A stretch of 64,000 bases of DNA from Ignavibacteriota bacterium (GTDB lineage Bacteria; Bacteroidota; Ignavibacteria; UBA10030). Every line of letters starts with the position of its first letter. Position 1 is the first letter of the stretch. This document shows positions 50,168 through 61,235 of the stretch, piece by piece. Location: contig CAVSHO010000008.1 of assembly GCA_963727825.1 (NCBI GenBank), positions 1 to 64,000 of the forward strand, written 5' to 3'. A program made the position numbers and the translations under genes. The notes under the pieces were generated by a model. The model was given only the letters and a program-made list of their open reading frames with translations, was not told where the DNA came from and did no database searches.

Positions 50168-51517
50168 ATGAAAAAAATCATAGCTTTAATTGTATTGACA
50201 ATTTCAATTTGTGGAGCACAAACACAACCCGGAATAGCAAAAACACTTACATTAGATAATGCTATTACTATTGCTCTGCAACACAATTTAAATGTTGTGC
50301 AGGCGGCAAATAATGTTGATGCTGCACGAGGTGTTGAAGTTGCGGGATATGGTTCCTATTTGCCGACTCTTTCAGCTTCTGCTGGCTGGGGGCGATCACA
50401 AATAGAATCGCCCGTTGACTCAACATATAACCCATTTATCAATCAAAATATTGCTTCAGGAGGTAATTCTACTACAACCGGTTATTCTGCCGGTCTCAAT
50501 TTGAATTACACTATATTTGATGGATTGAATCGTGAGATGAATCTCAGCAAAGCTCTATCGGGGAAAACGATAGCCGATCAGAATTATTTGCGAACTAAAC
50601 AAGGAACTATATACTCAGTGCAGGCAAGTTATCTTAGTGTGCTGCGTAACGAGCAGCTTGTCCTTGTTAACCAGGAAAATCTGAAACGTGATCAGGAAGA
50701 ACTGGAACGAATTCAGGAATCTGCTCGAGTAGGATCATTAGCTATTGGTGACGTATATCGCCAACAATCTGCAGAAGCAACAGACGAATTTAACCTCATC
50801 AGTGCGCAAAATACGTATGATAAATCTATTGCTGATTTACTTGCTCTTATCGGATTGGATGTAGTGGATGAGTATCGAATTGTGGATTCCTCCATCCCAG
50901 TGGATATTGATTCGACGGAGTTTTCTCGATTACCTACCATGGGAGAATTTGATCAGTATCGCAAACAAGCTCTCATTGCTCGGCCGGATTATCAATCGGC
51001 GTCAGAAAATTTGAAAAGCGCGTCGTACGGCGTCACTTCAGCTTGGGGTCGCTATTTACCTGGTCTCAATGCATATGCAGGTTATAGTCTTAATGCGCCA
51101 GAAGTATCGCAATTATCAAGTAATAAGGATTACACGTGGGGCTTAAAATTTAGCTGGACACTATTTGATGGATTCCAAACTAACGAAGGGATCCAGAACG
51201 CGAAAGTTCAAGAGCGAAATGCTGAAATATCGCTTCTCCAAACAGAACTTGGCGTTAGTGTCGATGTAAAGAAGGCATTACTTGACCTTAATGCGGCTAA
51301 AAGGCAGTATGAAGCCAGCGTCAAAGCTGTAACTTCTGCAACACAGGATCGTAAAGTAGCACAGGAGAAGTATAATCTTGGTTCTGGAACAATAATTGAT
51401 TTACAGACAGCAAATGCAAACCTTGTGAATGCTCAAGTGACCAAAATAAGTGCAATATACAACTATATAACAGCCAAACGAAATCTTGAATATGTTACCG
51501 GTGAACGCACGTATTAA
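50168..51517 (+). CDS. TolC-family outer membrane channel
   Basis: Signal peptide, two OEP repeats (YLPTLS / YLPGLN), KYNLGSGT. Confidence 0.92.
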   Translation: MKKIIALIVLTISICGAQTQPGIAKTLTLDNAITIALQHNLNVVQAANNVDAARGVEVAGYGSYLPTLSASAGWGRSQIESPVDSTYNPFINQNIASGGNSTTTGYSAGLNLNYTIFDGLNREMNLSKALSGKTIADQNYLRTKQGTIYSVQASYLSVLRNEQLVLVNQENLKRDQEELERIQESARVGSLAIGDVYRQQSAEATDEFNLISAQNTYDKSIADLLALIGLDVVDEYRIVDSSIPVDIDSTEFSRLPTMGEFDQYRKQALIARPDYQSASENLKSASYGVTSAWGRYLPGLNAYAGYSLNAPEVSQLSSNKDYTWGLKFSWTLFDGFQTNEGIQNAKVQERNAEISLLQTELGVSVDVKKALLDLNAAKRQYEASVKAVTSATQDRKVAQEKYNLGSGTIIDLQTANANLVNAQVTKISAIYNYITAKRNLEYVTGERTY

Positions 51518-51565
51518 TCGGAACTACCAATTCATATAAGACAAAAAATTTTTGAGGGGTGAATA

Positions 51566-52834
51566 ATGGCAAATGGTAATGGGAAAAAGAAAAAGAAAAA
51601 AATAATCATTTTTTCAATCATTGGAGCAGTGTTGGTTGTTCTTGCGTTGCTTGTCTTTCTCGGCAGCCGGCGTGAGACTATTGTGACTGTTCAGACGGAA
51701 AAAATTCAACGAAGAACGATCACGCAGATTGTATCGGCGACAGGAAAAATACAGCCGGAAATACAAGTGAAGATAAATGCAGAGGTCAGCGGAGAAATTA
51801 TTGGATTGCCAGTTCGCGAGGGCCAAAATGTCACAAAAGGACAATTGCTTGTCCGCATAAAACCGGATGCATATCAGGCTCAATTAGAAAATGCACAAGC
51901 TACATTGGAGATGGCAGATGCTGGCCTTCGGAAAGCCGAGGCAGATTACAATCGTGCAAAAGGACTTATTGTGAAAAAACTAATTTCTGATTCTGATATG
52001 GATATTGCAAAAGCTAATTATCTAAGCGCAAAAGCGGGATATGACCAAGCGAATGCAAACCTTAAGCAGTATCTTGACCAGTATTCGAAGACCACAATTT
52101 ATTCGCCGATGACGGGTATTGTCAGCCAATTAATATCCGAACTTGGCGAGCGTGTCAGTGGAAGCACATTTACGCAGGGGACAGAAATAATGACGATAGC
52201 CGATGTTGCTTCTATGGAAGCACGTGTCGATGTCGGTGAGAATGATGTGGTAATGGTGCAAAAAGGAGATACAGCGAATATAGAAGTCGATTCATATCAA
52301 GATCGTAAATTTATTGGCATCGTTACGCAGATCGCAAACACTGCAACATCGACCGGCACAGGAACCCAGGATCAAGTCACGAATTTTGAAGTAAGAATCC
52401 GTATCAATACTCCTGAAGGTATTCAATTTCGGCCCGGAATGTCCGTGTCAGCGGATATTGAAACGGAAACTCATTCTAATGTTCTGACTGTACCCATCCA
52501 GTCTGTTACAGTACGTGCACCGAAGAAAGAAACGAAAGATGAACCTAAAGAGGGAGAAGCACAATTAGTTGCCTCAAATAAAAAGAAGGAAGAGGATAAA
52601 CTTGAAGAAGTTGTATTCGTTGTGAAAGATGGAGTTGCTAAAACTGTTCCTGTTAAACGTGGCATCAGTAATGATACATATGTTGAAGTGAAGGCAGATG
52701 GGCTTGAGGGTAAAGAAGTCGTGTCGGGTCCATTCAAAGCGATCAATCGTGATTTAGAAGTTGATTCAAAAGTAAAAGTTGACAATAAGTCAGCGAAAAG
52801 AACCGGTGCGAGCGCTGATCTGGATAAAAAGTAA
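51566..52834 (+). CDS. Efflux periplasmic adaptor (MacA-like)
   Basis: SATGKIQP, VREGQ.V.KGQLL, IYSPMTG, RPGMS. Confidence 0.93.
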   Translation: MANGNGKKKKKKIIIFSIIGAVLVVLALLVFLGSRRETIVTVQTEKIQRRTITQIVSATGKIQPEIQVKINAEVSGEIIGLPVREGQNVTKGQLLVRIKPDAYQAQLENAQATLEMADAGLRKAEADYNRAKGLIVKKLISDSDMDIAKANYLSAKAGYDQANANLKQYLDQYSKTTIYSPMTGIVSQLISELGERVSGSTFTQGTEIMTIADVASMEARVDVGENDVVMVQKGDTANIEVDSYQDRKFIGIVTQIANTATSTGTGTQDQVTNFEVRIRINTPEGIQFRPGMSVSADIETETHSNVLTVPIQSVTVRAPKKETKDEPKEGEAQLVASNKKKEEDKLEEVVFVVKDGVAKTVPVKRGISNDTYVEVKADGLEGKEVVSGPFKAINRDLEVDSKVKVDNKSAKRTGASADLDKK

Positions 52835-52856
52835 GAAAACTTAGGAATAAGCGATA

Positions 52857-53837
52857 GTGATGCAAAGACTTGCTCGAATATCTGGACTTATAGTTACAAT
52901 AATTTTGCTGATGCAGACCAACTTGCCGGCACAGACAATAGATGAAGGTGTCTCGCTTGTCCAGCAGAAGAAATATGCAGAAGCAAAAACGGTGTTTGAA
53001 CAAATTCTGGATAAGAATAAGAATGACGCTGAAGCGCATTATCGTCTTGGTTTGGTATTCCTTAATCGAGGATTTAAAGACCGAGATGTTAATGAAGCAG
53101 TTGATCAGCTTGAAAAGGCAGTCGATCTAAATCCAAATAATGCTGACTATCAATTCAGATATGGAGCTGCTCTTGCAGAAAAGGCCCAAAATGCTGGAGT
53201 GATTAAACAAGCATTTCTTGCATCGAAAATAAAGAACGCATTTAAACGATCGGTGGAACTCAATCCTCAAAATGCTCGCTCGCGAATTGCTTTGGCGCAA
53301 TTTTACTTACAAGCTCCTTCCATTATGGGCGGTGATGATGCCGAAGGCTGGAAGCAATTAGATGAAGCTATAAAGTTGGATGAATTTCAGGGCAGGTCTA
53401 CGAAAGCATATTTTTTAGGGAGAGCAAAGAAAAATGATGAAGCTGAGAATGAACACAAAATGCTCATTAAATCGTATTCGGAGAATTGGCGTGTCTGGAA
53501 AAACTACGGTTACTTCTGCTTGAATATTGATCGTTGCGATGATGCTGTAAAATACCTGCAGAAGTACGTGGTGATGCGGCCCGATACAGCAGATTCTTAT
53601 CAAAGTCTCGCAGAAGCTTTATTGAAAAAGGGAAATATTGATCTGGCAATGTCGAACCTTGATAAATCCTTAAGTATCGATAAAGAATATGTTCCAGCAA
53701 TTATCTCCTTGGGCGAAGCATATCAGGCAAAGGGACAAAAAAAGGAAGCAAAAGAAACATATCAGCGAGCAATTACGACGACGCAGAACGAATATTTTAG
53801 AAAACAAGCAGAAGAAAAATTAAAAGAAGTAGAGTAA
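52857..53837 (+). CDS. Exported TPR protein
   Basis: Signal peptide, multiple TPR motifs, AP.IMGG. Confidence 0.88.
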   Translation: MMQRLARISGLIVTIILLMQTNLPAQTIDEGVSLVQQKKYAEAKTVFEQILDKNKNDAEAHYRLGLVFLNRGFKDRDVNEAVDQLEKAVDLNPNNADYQFRYGAALAEKAQNAGVIKQAFLASKIKNAFKRSVELNPQNARSRIALAQFYLQAPSIMGGDDAEGWKQLDEAIKLDEFQGRSTKAYFLGRAKKNDEAENEHKMLIKSYSENWRVWKNYGYFCLNIDRCDDAVKYLQKYVVMRPDTADSYQSLAEALLKKGNIDLAMSNLDKSLSIDKEYVPAIISLGEAYQAKGQKKEAKETYQRAITTTQNEYFRKQAEEKLKEVE

Positions 53838-53853
53838 CAGGAAGGAAACCGGA

Positions 53854-54579
53854 ATGTCAAGTATTATTCAGCTCACGAACATCACAAAGTTTTATCAAGT
53901 AGGCGAAGAAAAAGTTCATGCCTTAGATGGTGTCTCAATCCAGATTCAGAAAAACGAATATGTGGCAATTATGGGCCCGTCAGGTTCCGGTAAATCAACT
54001 TTGATGAATATTATTGGTTGTTTAGACACGCCAACCTCCGGTTTGTATGAACTGAACAGTACGAATGTCAGCGACATGAACGATAATCAGCTTGCAAAGA
54101 TCCGGAACAAGGAAATTGGATTTATCTTTCAGACATTTAATCTGCTTGCCAGATCGGATGTTCTCCACAATGTTGAACTCCCGCTTATTTATGGCGGAGT
54201 CGGATCGATGGAGCGGAAGAAATTAGCACGCGCAGCAATTGATCGTGTAGGATTAACGGATCGAATCCATCACAAACCAAATGAACTTTCCGGCGGACAA
54301 CGACAGCGTGTTTCCATAGCGCGCGCGCTCGTTACACAGCCATCCATTTTACTTGCAGATGAACCAACCGGAAACCTTGATACAAAAACCGGCGATGAAA
54401 TTATGATGCTATTCGATGCACTGCATAAGGAAGGCAATACGATCGTCCTCGTAACCCATGAAGAGGATATTGCGTTACATGCACATCGTCGGATTCGTCT
54501 CCGTGACGGCAAGATGGAAGTTGACGAGCCAATCAAGAATCGAAAAGTCTTAACTCATCCGACGGCAGTCATGGTATAA
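53854..54579 (+). CDS. ABC transporter ATPase (MacB/LolD type)
   Basis: [27 protein letters not shown]. Confidence 0.96.
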   Translation: MSSIIQLTNITKFYQVGEEKVHALDGVSIQIQKNEYVAIMGPSGSGKSTLMNIIGCLDTPTSGLYELNSTNVSDMNDNQLAKIRNKEIGFIFQTFNLLARSDVLHNVELPLIYGGVGSMERKKLARAAIDRVGLTDRIHHKPNELSGGQRQRVSIARALVTQPSILLADEPTGNLDTKTGDEIMMLFDALHKEGNTIVLVTHEEDIALHAHRRIRLRDGKMEVDEPIKNRKVLTHPTAVMV

Positions 54580-54580
54580 C

Positions 54581-55813
54581 ATGAAATTTATTTTTGATGA
54601 ATTCAAAGAAGGAATGGCGATAGCATTTGCCGCCATCCGTGCCAACAAAATGCGTTCTGTGCTAACGACGCTGGGTATTATTATCGGTATTGTTTCTGTA
54701 ACGCTCATGGGAGCAGCGATTGAAGGACTGGATCGCGCCTTCAATAAAAGTATAGCGACTCTCGGTTCTGATGTGTTATATGTACAGAAACGATCATGGA
54801 CCGACAATGGACAAGATTGGTGGAAAACAAAAAATCGGCGGAACATACGCATTAAGCAAGCAAAGGATATTGAAAAGTATTCAGAAAGTGCGCAAGCGGT
54901 AAATCCTGCATCGGGAGCAACGCGGGATGTCAAATATGGGCAAAAATTTATTGAGAACGTCACTGTTGTTGGTACCGGAGCTTACTGGCTTGAGACAAAT
55001 GGAGCAACTATTGCTTTCGGCAGATTTTTTACCCCAATGGAAGCGGATGGAGGCCGGCCGGTGTGTGCCATCGGTTCTGAAGTAGCTGCGAATTTATTTC
55101 CAAATGAAAATCCAATTGGAAAAATTATCAGGGTCGGTGGGTATGCATACCAAGTATTAGGTGTATTTGATAAACAAGGCAATTTTCTTGGAGCACAAAG
55201 TCTTGATAATAGAGTTTATGTTCCGATCAATAGGTTCTTTCAAGAATTTATGTCGAAGAGAAGTGATCTACAGGTTATGGTGAAAGCAAAATCTGTGGAA
55301 GAATTGGATAATACGAAAGAAGAAATCCGGGGTATCATGCGTAAATCACGTGGCCTCAAACCGAAAGACGAGGATGATTTTGCAATTAACCAGCAAGAGA
55401 CGATCATCCAGACGTTTAATACAATTGGTGGTGTTATCGCAGCCGTAGGTTTATTTATCACAGGGATGTCGCTCTTCGTTGGTGGTATTGGAATTATGAA
55501 TATCATGTTTGTATCGGTAACTGAACGCACAAGAGAAATCGGTATCCGCAAAGCAATAGGAGCGCCTCGGCGTACTATTCTTATGCAATTCCTGATGGAA
55601 TCTGCGGCGTTATGTCTCATAGGCGGGATCATCGGTATCATTATTGCCTTTCCGTTAAGTTTGATCATTGATACATTTCTTCCAACAGCTATGCCATTGA
55701 GTGTAGTATTCATTGCCCTGCTTGTTTCGATTATTGTTGGAGTCGTTTCTGGGTTTTTACCGGCGTACCGGGCATCGCGTCTCGATCCAGTCGATGCACT
55801 TAGATATGAATAG
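54581..55813 (+). CDS. ABC permease (MacB/FtsX type)
   Basis: RSVLTTLGIIIG, GIGIMNIM.VSVTERTREIGIRKA. Confidence 0.95.
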   Translation: MKFIFDEFKEGMAIAFAAIRANKMRSVLTTLGIIIGIVSVTLMGAAIEGLDRAFNKSIATLGSDVLYVQKRSWTDNGQDWWKTKNRRNIRIKQAKDIEKYSESAQAVNPASGATRDVKYGQKFIENVTVVGTGAYWLETNGATIAFGRFFTPMEADGGRPVCAIGSEVAANLFPNENPIGKIIRVGGYAYQVLGVFDKQGNFLGAQSLDNRVYVPINRFFQEFMSKRSDLQVMVKAKSVEELDNTKEEIRGIMRKSRGLKPKDEDDFAINQQETIIQTFNTIGGVIAAVGLFITGMSLFVGGIGIMNIMFVSVTERTREIGIRKAIGAPRRTILMQFLMESAALCLIGGIIGIIIAFPLSLIIDTFLPTAMPLSVVFIALLVSIIVGVVSGFLPAYRASRLDPVDALRYE

Positions 55814-55855
55814 AGGGAACTTTTTCCTTTAAACTTTTTACTTGTGACTTGACTT

Positions 55856-57079
55856 ATGGAATTTTCTGAAATATTTAAAATGTCTCTTACTGCAATCCGC
55901 TCCAATAAACTTCGCTCGGTGTTGACCCTGCTGGGTATTATTGTCGGAGTTTTTTCCATTATTGGAGTAATGACAGCTGTTCAGGTACTTCAGAACAGTA
56001 TTGAAAATGGTTTAAGCGGGCTTGGAGCCAATACGTTTCAGGTTCAGAAGCAGCCGGTTATGGCAAATCATGCTCAATGGCTTAAAGCAATGAAAAGAAA
56101 AGATATACGCTATGAACAAGGATTGATCGTTAAGGAAAAGATGACACTTGCTCAATCTGTTGCTCTAGAATCCTGGAAAGATGCACAGACAATTCAATTT
56201 GGATCTCTGAAGACAAATCCAAATGTTCAAGTTGGTGGAGAAGAGCCAGAAGGTATCTCTACGAACAACTGGACAATTCAAGAAGGGCGAAGTATTAATG
56301 AAGATGATATTCGCTATGGCTCCTTTGTTACAATTATTGCTCAGGATGTTGTAAAAAAAATCTTTCCTCATGGTGGAGCTGTGGGAAGTGAGATTCGTAT
56401 CGGCGATGACCGATATCGTGTGATTGGAACATTTGATCTAAATGGATCAAGCTTGGGGGGAAGCAATGATAACTATGCCGTAATACCATTGAGCACTTTT
56501 CTGAATTCATATGGGAAGCTTCGCAGCATGCATATTATGATCAAAGCGAAAAATGCAGAAGTGTATGATGATTGTGTTGAGGAAGCGCGTATGATTCTTC
56601 GGACAATACGTAATGTAGCCCCGGGTGATGAAGATGATTTTACAATCTTCTCTAATGATTCACTCATAGCAACCTTTAATGACTTTACACTTTACGTTAA
56701 ACTCGGCGTTGGATTTATGAGTTTCATCGCGTTGATAGCTGCCGGTATCGGTATTATGAATATAATGCTTGTATCTGTAACCGAACGCACGAGAGAAATT
56801 GGCATTCGGAAAGCATTAGGTGCTCGCAAGTCAAATATCCTGTCACAATTTATCACTGAAGCTGTTGTATTGTGTGAAATCGGCGGTCTCATTGGCGTCG
56901 CGCTTGGCGTACTTGGAGGTAACTTAGCTGCTCTTGCGTTTAGTTTCCCGCCTGTATTTCCGATTGATTGGGCATTAATTGGAATTGCAATCACTACATT
57001 TGTCGGAGTAGTGTTCGGTGTCTATCCTGCATGGAAAGCTGCAAATCTTGATCCTATCGAATCTCTTCGATATGAGTAA
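55856..57079 (+). CDS. ABC permease (MacB/FtsX type), second paralog
   Basis: RSVLTLLGIIVG, GIGIMNIMLVSVTERTREIG, LDPIESLRYE. Confidence 0.95.
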   Translation: MEFSEIFKMSLTAIRSNKLRSVLTLLGIIVGVFSIIGVMTAVQVLQNSIENGLSGLGANTFQVQKQPVMANHAQWLKAMKRKDIRYEQGLIVKEKMTLAQSVALESWKDAQTIQFGSLKTNPNVQVGGEEPEGISTNNWTIQEGRSINEDDIRYGSFVTIIAQDVVKKIFPHGGAVGSEIRIGDDRYRVIGTFDLNGSSLGGSNDNYAVIPLSTFLNSYGKLRSMHIMIKAKNAEVYDDCVEEARMILRTIRNVAPGDEDDFTIFSNDSLIATFNDFTLYVKLGVGFMSFIALIAAGIGIMNIMLVSVTERTREIGIRKALGARKSNILSQFITEAVVLCEIGGLIGVALGVLGGNLAALAFSFPPVFPIDWALIGIAITTFVGVVFGVYPAWKAANLDPIESLRYE

Positions 57080-57080
57080 C

Positions 57081-57114
57081 AAAAAAGCCGGTGAAATGTG
57101 AACCGGCTTTTTTT
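57081..57114. terminator. Bidirectional intrinsic terminator
   Basis: aaaaaagccggt...accggctttttt. Confidence 0.8.
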
Positions 57115-57233
57115 ATTTCTTTAGTTCTCACCGACATTACTTGTCTCTTTTTCAGGTAAAGAATAGCATATTTTGAATTATATCCCAATTTATTGTATTA
57201 TGGTGCAAATATTATAACTATGATTGAGGTGCC

Positions 57234-57747
57234 TATGAAAAAAATTATCAATTTAAGAATGCTTTGCATGATGTTCATTGCGAGCATCATGTCCATCTCC
57301 CTTCAGGCACAATCCAAATCAGGAGCCGCCGTCAAGAATGACTCGATAAAGTACACAATTGAAAACTGCATCAACAAATTTTCAATAGATAAAATTGAAA
57401 AAACAAATGTCGGATACCAATACTGGTTCGCCGATCCAAATTTTGCAGACGGGAAAACTATAAAGATGAGTGTAGTCGCTCCCCATTCAGCGACGCACCC
57501 GCCGCATGTCCATGAGGAAGACGAGTTTTTCTTTATCCTTGAAGGAAAGGCCGAATTGTATTTAAAAGGGAAATGGACGCCAGCTGAACCGTACACAAGT
57601 TTTTACTGCCCCTCTAATGTTGAGCATGGCATTCGCAATGCAGGCGATACCGAATTAAAATATTTGGTGATAAAACAGTACCAAAAAGATAATCCGGTGC
57701 GGGTTGAGTTTTCTAAGAAACAAGGGAATGTAAAAAGCGGGAAGTAA
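57234..57747 (+). CDS. Exported cupin-domain protein
   Basis: Signal peptide; HPPHVHEEDEFFFILEG and PSNVEHGIRN cupin motifs. Confidence 0.85.
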
Positions 57748-57752
57748 ATATC

Positions 57753-57828
57753 ATCTCGTTCCCAACATCCCCGCCACAAAGAATGTCGGGCAAGCTGTTG
57801 GGAACGGAAGGAGTTGAAGCTCTGCTTC
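57753..57828. repeat. REP family A half (ctcgttccc...gggaacg + gaagctctgcttc) with nested palindrome
   Basis: Inverted near-identical copy (3 mismatches in 76 bp) at 61631-61706. Confidence 0.9.
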
Positions 57829-57844
57829 AGAACTAAGGATCAAA

Positions 57845-58464
57845 AGTTGTGAGGGAGATGCTCTCCCGAACTAAAACATTTTACTATTAAACCATGAGCC
57901 AATGGAAAATAATACTTGGTGTCAATTATTATTTTATCACAACTACTGTTGTTGAATGGCAGAGCGTGTTTGTTGCTATTCCATTGTTTGAAATAATCAT
58001 TGAAAGTCTGAAGTTTTGTCAAACTCATAAAGATTTACATCTACATGGCTATGTTATCATGCCCAATCATGCTCATTATATTGTTTCCACCAATCCGCCT
58101 GAGAAGTTATCTAATATTATGAGAGATTTCAATAGATTCACATCACAACAGATTACCGAAATCTTGGAAGAAATGCGAAGGTATGAATTACTGGAGGTTT
58201 TTCATCAAGCTGCGAAAGACGAACGCCGTAGCAATCGATATAAAGTGTGGCAAGATGGATTCCATCCCATCGCAATTGATACAGGAGATTTCTTTCAACA
58301 GAAGTTAGACTCCCTGCATGATAATCCTGTGCGCAAAGGATTTGTTGAAAAGCCATAACATTGGGTGTACTCGAGTATAAGGAATTATCTTTTAGATGAT
58401 CATTCGGTGATTACTATTGAATGTTTAGTGTGAGTGGTGTCGGGAGTATAACTCCCTCCCAACT
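57845..58464 (+). mobile_element. RAYT/Y1-transposase unit bounded by family-B hairpins
   Basis: Left end agttgtgagggagatgctctcccgaact (57845-57872); right end gtcgggagtataactccctcccaact (58439-58464); the same two ends recur joined at 59038-59136. Confidence 0.7.
57894..58433 (+). pseudogene. REP-associated tyrosine transposase (RAYT), inactivated
   Basis: YFITTT, YVIMPNHAH (HUH), VWQ.GFH, HDNPVRKG; catalytic Tyr position reads Ser (LDSLHDNP); in-frame TAA at 58356 before HWVYSS. Confidence 0.88.
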
Positions 58465-58608
58465 TGGAATTCGTATACCACGGTGTCTATCAATGTTCCA
58501 AGCAGAGCATAGGAACGAGAAATAAAAGATAACCGGTGCGAATCGCATTTCCCAGAACTCAGAAATCGGGACTATATAATCCTGCCGTTATTTAATATTG
58601 GTCGCTAA

Positions 58609-58640
58609 TAAAAAACCACCAAAAGAACGGTGGTTTTTTA
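58609..58640. terminator. Bidirectional intrinsic terminator
   Basis: taaaaaaccacc-aaaagaac-ggtggtttttta. Confidence 0.75.
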
Positions 58641-58665
58641 TCGTGAACTAGATATTTTATTCACT

Positions 58666-58995
58666 TTATATTTTTTCTACAACGACAGCTGTTCCGTATG
58701 CCAGTACTTCTGTAACTCCTGCGGCAATTTCAGTTGCGTCATATCGAAAAGCAAGCACAGCATTACCGCTAAGTTGTTCTGCATGTTGAATCATAAGCTC
58801 GTATGCATCACGGCGGGTTTGTTCGCATAGTTGAGAGTAGAGACTGATGTTGCCGCCAAAGAGAATCTGAAATCCAGCCCCGATGTTGCCGAAGAGCGAG
58901 CGCGATCTGACAATAATACCGCGTACCACGCCAAGGTTTTTTATAACGCGATATCCGTCAAGTTGGATATTCGTTGTAACGAGTTTGTGATCCAT
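58666..58995 (-). CDS. YbjQ/UPF0145 family protein
   Basis: LGVVRG..VRSR, GG.I..Y, EVLAYGTAV. Confidence 0.92.
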   Translation of the reverse strand: MDHKLVTTNIQLDGYRVIKNLGVVRGIIVRSRSLFGNIGAGFQILFGGNISLYSQLCEQTRRDAYELMIQHAEQLSGNAVLAFRYDATEIAAGVTEVLAYGTAVVVEKI

Positions 58996-59037
58996 ATTGT
59001 TATCCCTTCGTTAGATATTGAGAAGCTTCTGTGACCT

Positions 59038-59136
59038 AGCTGGAAGGGAGTTCCAACTCCCGACCTTTACCTGTTTTGCATTCCAGTTCGGGAGAACATT
59101 TACCCGCCATTGGTGTGGCGGGTCTCCCTCACAACT
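59038..59136 (-). repeat. Non-autonomous REPIN/MITE-like derivative of the family-B RAYT unit
   Basis: Reverse complement equals left end (with a 24-bp insert) + 20 bp + right end. Confidence 0.8.
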
Positions 59137-59216
59137 TGGGTAGTTAATGAAATTATAAAATTAGAGCCTCAGATTACAAATCTAATTTTGCTCCTGCAAT
59201 TTATAAACTCACAAAT

Positions 59217-60441
59217 TCATTTAACTAATTGTCTCACCGTTTCATAATATTGTTGAACCTGTCGTTGGTATTCTTCGCCTGTGCCGGGACCGTTGAAACC
59301 AACATGAATCTTTCTCACAACACCTTTCTTATCCACAAAGATTGTTGTCGGGTAGGCATAAAAGTTATTTAATTGAGAGCGCAGTCTCAGTTCAACGTTT
59401 ACATCGTTTGTACTTCCGCAGAATAGTACTGGATAAGTAATGCCATATCGTTTTTGGAAAAGCGTAAGATTCTTCTTTGCTACTTCTGAATTGTTACTAA
59501 TCTCAAACGCAAGTCCAACTACTTCCAATCCATCTTTTCCGAATTCAGAGTATATCTGTTCAAGAAACGGTGCGGCATCCATGCAGTTATGGCACCAAGT
59601 TCCCATAACATCGATTAAAAGCGCTTTGTCTTTGAATAAGTTATCCTTACTGCTCACAACTTTACCGGTCGATGTCATCATTCCATAAAATGAGTATGGC
59701 GCTTTCGGATTCTTCATCGTTGTTATGAATTCTGATTTTAATTCTGACGTTGGCTCCGATTGTGGAACGAGCCTAAATGCCATCGGTTTGCCGCTTCTTG
59801 CATACAAACTGCCATTCCAATTTGTGCCTTGTCGCTCCAGTTCCATAATAAATGCCTGCCATCCGGTGAAGCGAGTCAACGTCGCCTTGGAACCGACCTG
59901 TATGCCGGCAAGCAAACCATAGTCTCCGTCCGGCGCAATAAGTGTTCCGAAAACACTATCGTTCTTCATCCAAAAATTTGCTGTGGTAGCACTATCGATT
60001 CCATTTGCGTTTGAAATATATGCTTGATATTTGCCAACGAGCGGAAGTGAGATTGAAATTGCGGATGCATTGTTTTCTTTAACCATTTCCTTTTGTGTTG
60101 ACACAAATTCGTTCCAACTTGTATCTGCGCGATAGCGGAAGAACTTGCCGCGCCATTCCTTGCCATCCCAAATTCCGCACATTGCTGCACCGTATTCAGA
60201 AGAAGATAAACGAGAGCGAATCGCCATAGAATCGAATTTCAGGAATCGAAGTTTGTTCTGTGCCGTTCAAAAAGTAACCGGCAGGTGCAGCGGAATTCAA
60301 ATCAAGAAAAAGCCGGAAAGGAATCTGCTTATTCTCTCCGATCATGATGGCGCCGGTCCACATTCCTTTTTGTGGAATATTTTTTTGACATCCCAGGAGA
60401 ATGAAAATACATGCAATGAAAAGAAATCGTTTGGTATTCAT
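59217..60441 (-). CDS. TlpA-like disulfide reductase lipoprotein, one frameshift near 60197
   Basis: Lipobox LLGC; GTWCHNC; AYPTTIFVD; ORFs 60196-60618 and 59217-60227 join at SLSFIF/SEYG. Confidence 0.82.
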
Positions 60442-60505
60442 AATTAAATTAGCCGATGTTACGTAAAGCCGGCGTATATGCTTATAAACATGGAATGTAA
60501 AAGTA

Positions 60506-60590
60506 CACCACCCCTTAATCCCCTCCTCGTTTGAGGAGGGGAAATCCCGACACGATGCGAAATCGGGTCGGGAAGGGGAGGTGGACAACT
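60506..60590. repeat. REP-like element (cccctta atcccctcc...ggagggg) with a nested tcccgac...gtcggga insert
   Basis: Hairpins cccctcctc-gttt-gaggagggg and tcccgac...gtcggga. Confidence 0.6.
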
Positions 60591-60618
60591 TTAAAGAATA
60601 TGCGGTGCGTATTATCAT

Positions 60619-61122
60619 TTAAATAATTCCCGGATGTTTCCCGCCACCGGCTACCGACAAACATAGAATAATGATAATGAGAATGAATTGAACGAAATAA
60701 AAAGTCGTGATGCTTTTACTCAAGATTATGAAAGTACTCTCTACGTCTTCGATTGTTGTTTTCTCTGTGATGCCTTGCATTAATTTTGTTCGGCGGCGGA
60801 AAAGAATTGGACCAAAGACGGCTCCGTTTATCAATAGAAAGGCGAAGAGAATAATCTTTGCCATTAGCCAACCTTCGGTGTACCAGAGATTAATATTGCC
60901 TTCGTAAAGGTTAAAGATGTTCACGATGCCGGTAAGCAGCATAATGACGCAGGCGATAGGTGAAAGCAAGCTGAAGCGGCTGTTGATTTTTCCAACGTAA
61001 AGTTTTTGATTCCAATTCTTCTCAGTGCGGATTCTTCTCTCAATAATCCACCCACCAAGAAGTGCTGTGAAGACCAACCCGAAACCAATGAGGTGAAAAA
61101 TAAAATTAATAGAACCTCTCAT
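60619..61122 (-). CDS. Four-TM membrane protein (DUF2269/CopD-like)
   Basis: FHLIG, MLLTGI, WLMAKIILF. Confidence 0.7.
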   Translation of the reverse strand: MRGSINFIFHLIGFGLVFTALLGGWIIERRIRTEKNWNQKLYVGKINSRFSLLSPIACVIMLLTGIVNIFNLYEGNINLWYTEGWLMAKIILFAFLLINGAVFGPILFRRRTKLMQGITEKTTIEDVESTFIILSKSITTFYFVQFILIIIILCLSVAGGGKHPGII

Positions 61123-61235
61123 GCCGGCCTCCACGAAAAAACAATTTAAATGCTTGCAATTGTTAACCGCAAGATAAGAAAATGATTTGATAAAAAGGAA
61201 ATGCAACCAAGAAACCTTTTGTTAGAAGAATTATT

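Noticed and set aside
55240-55959. 239-aa - strand ORF
   Set aside because: Antisense shadow of the ABC permeases, typical of codon bias
58356-58358. Stop-codon readthrough or recoding in the RAYT
   Set aside because: TAA is the normal stop throughout the window and the catalytic Tyr is also lost, so this is a pseudogene
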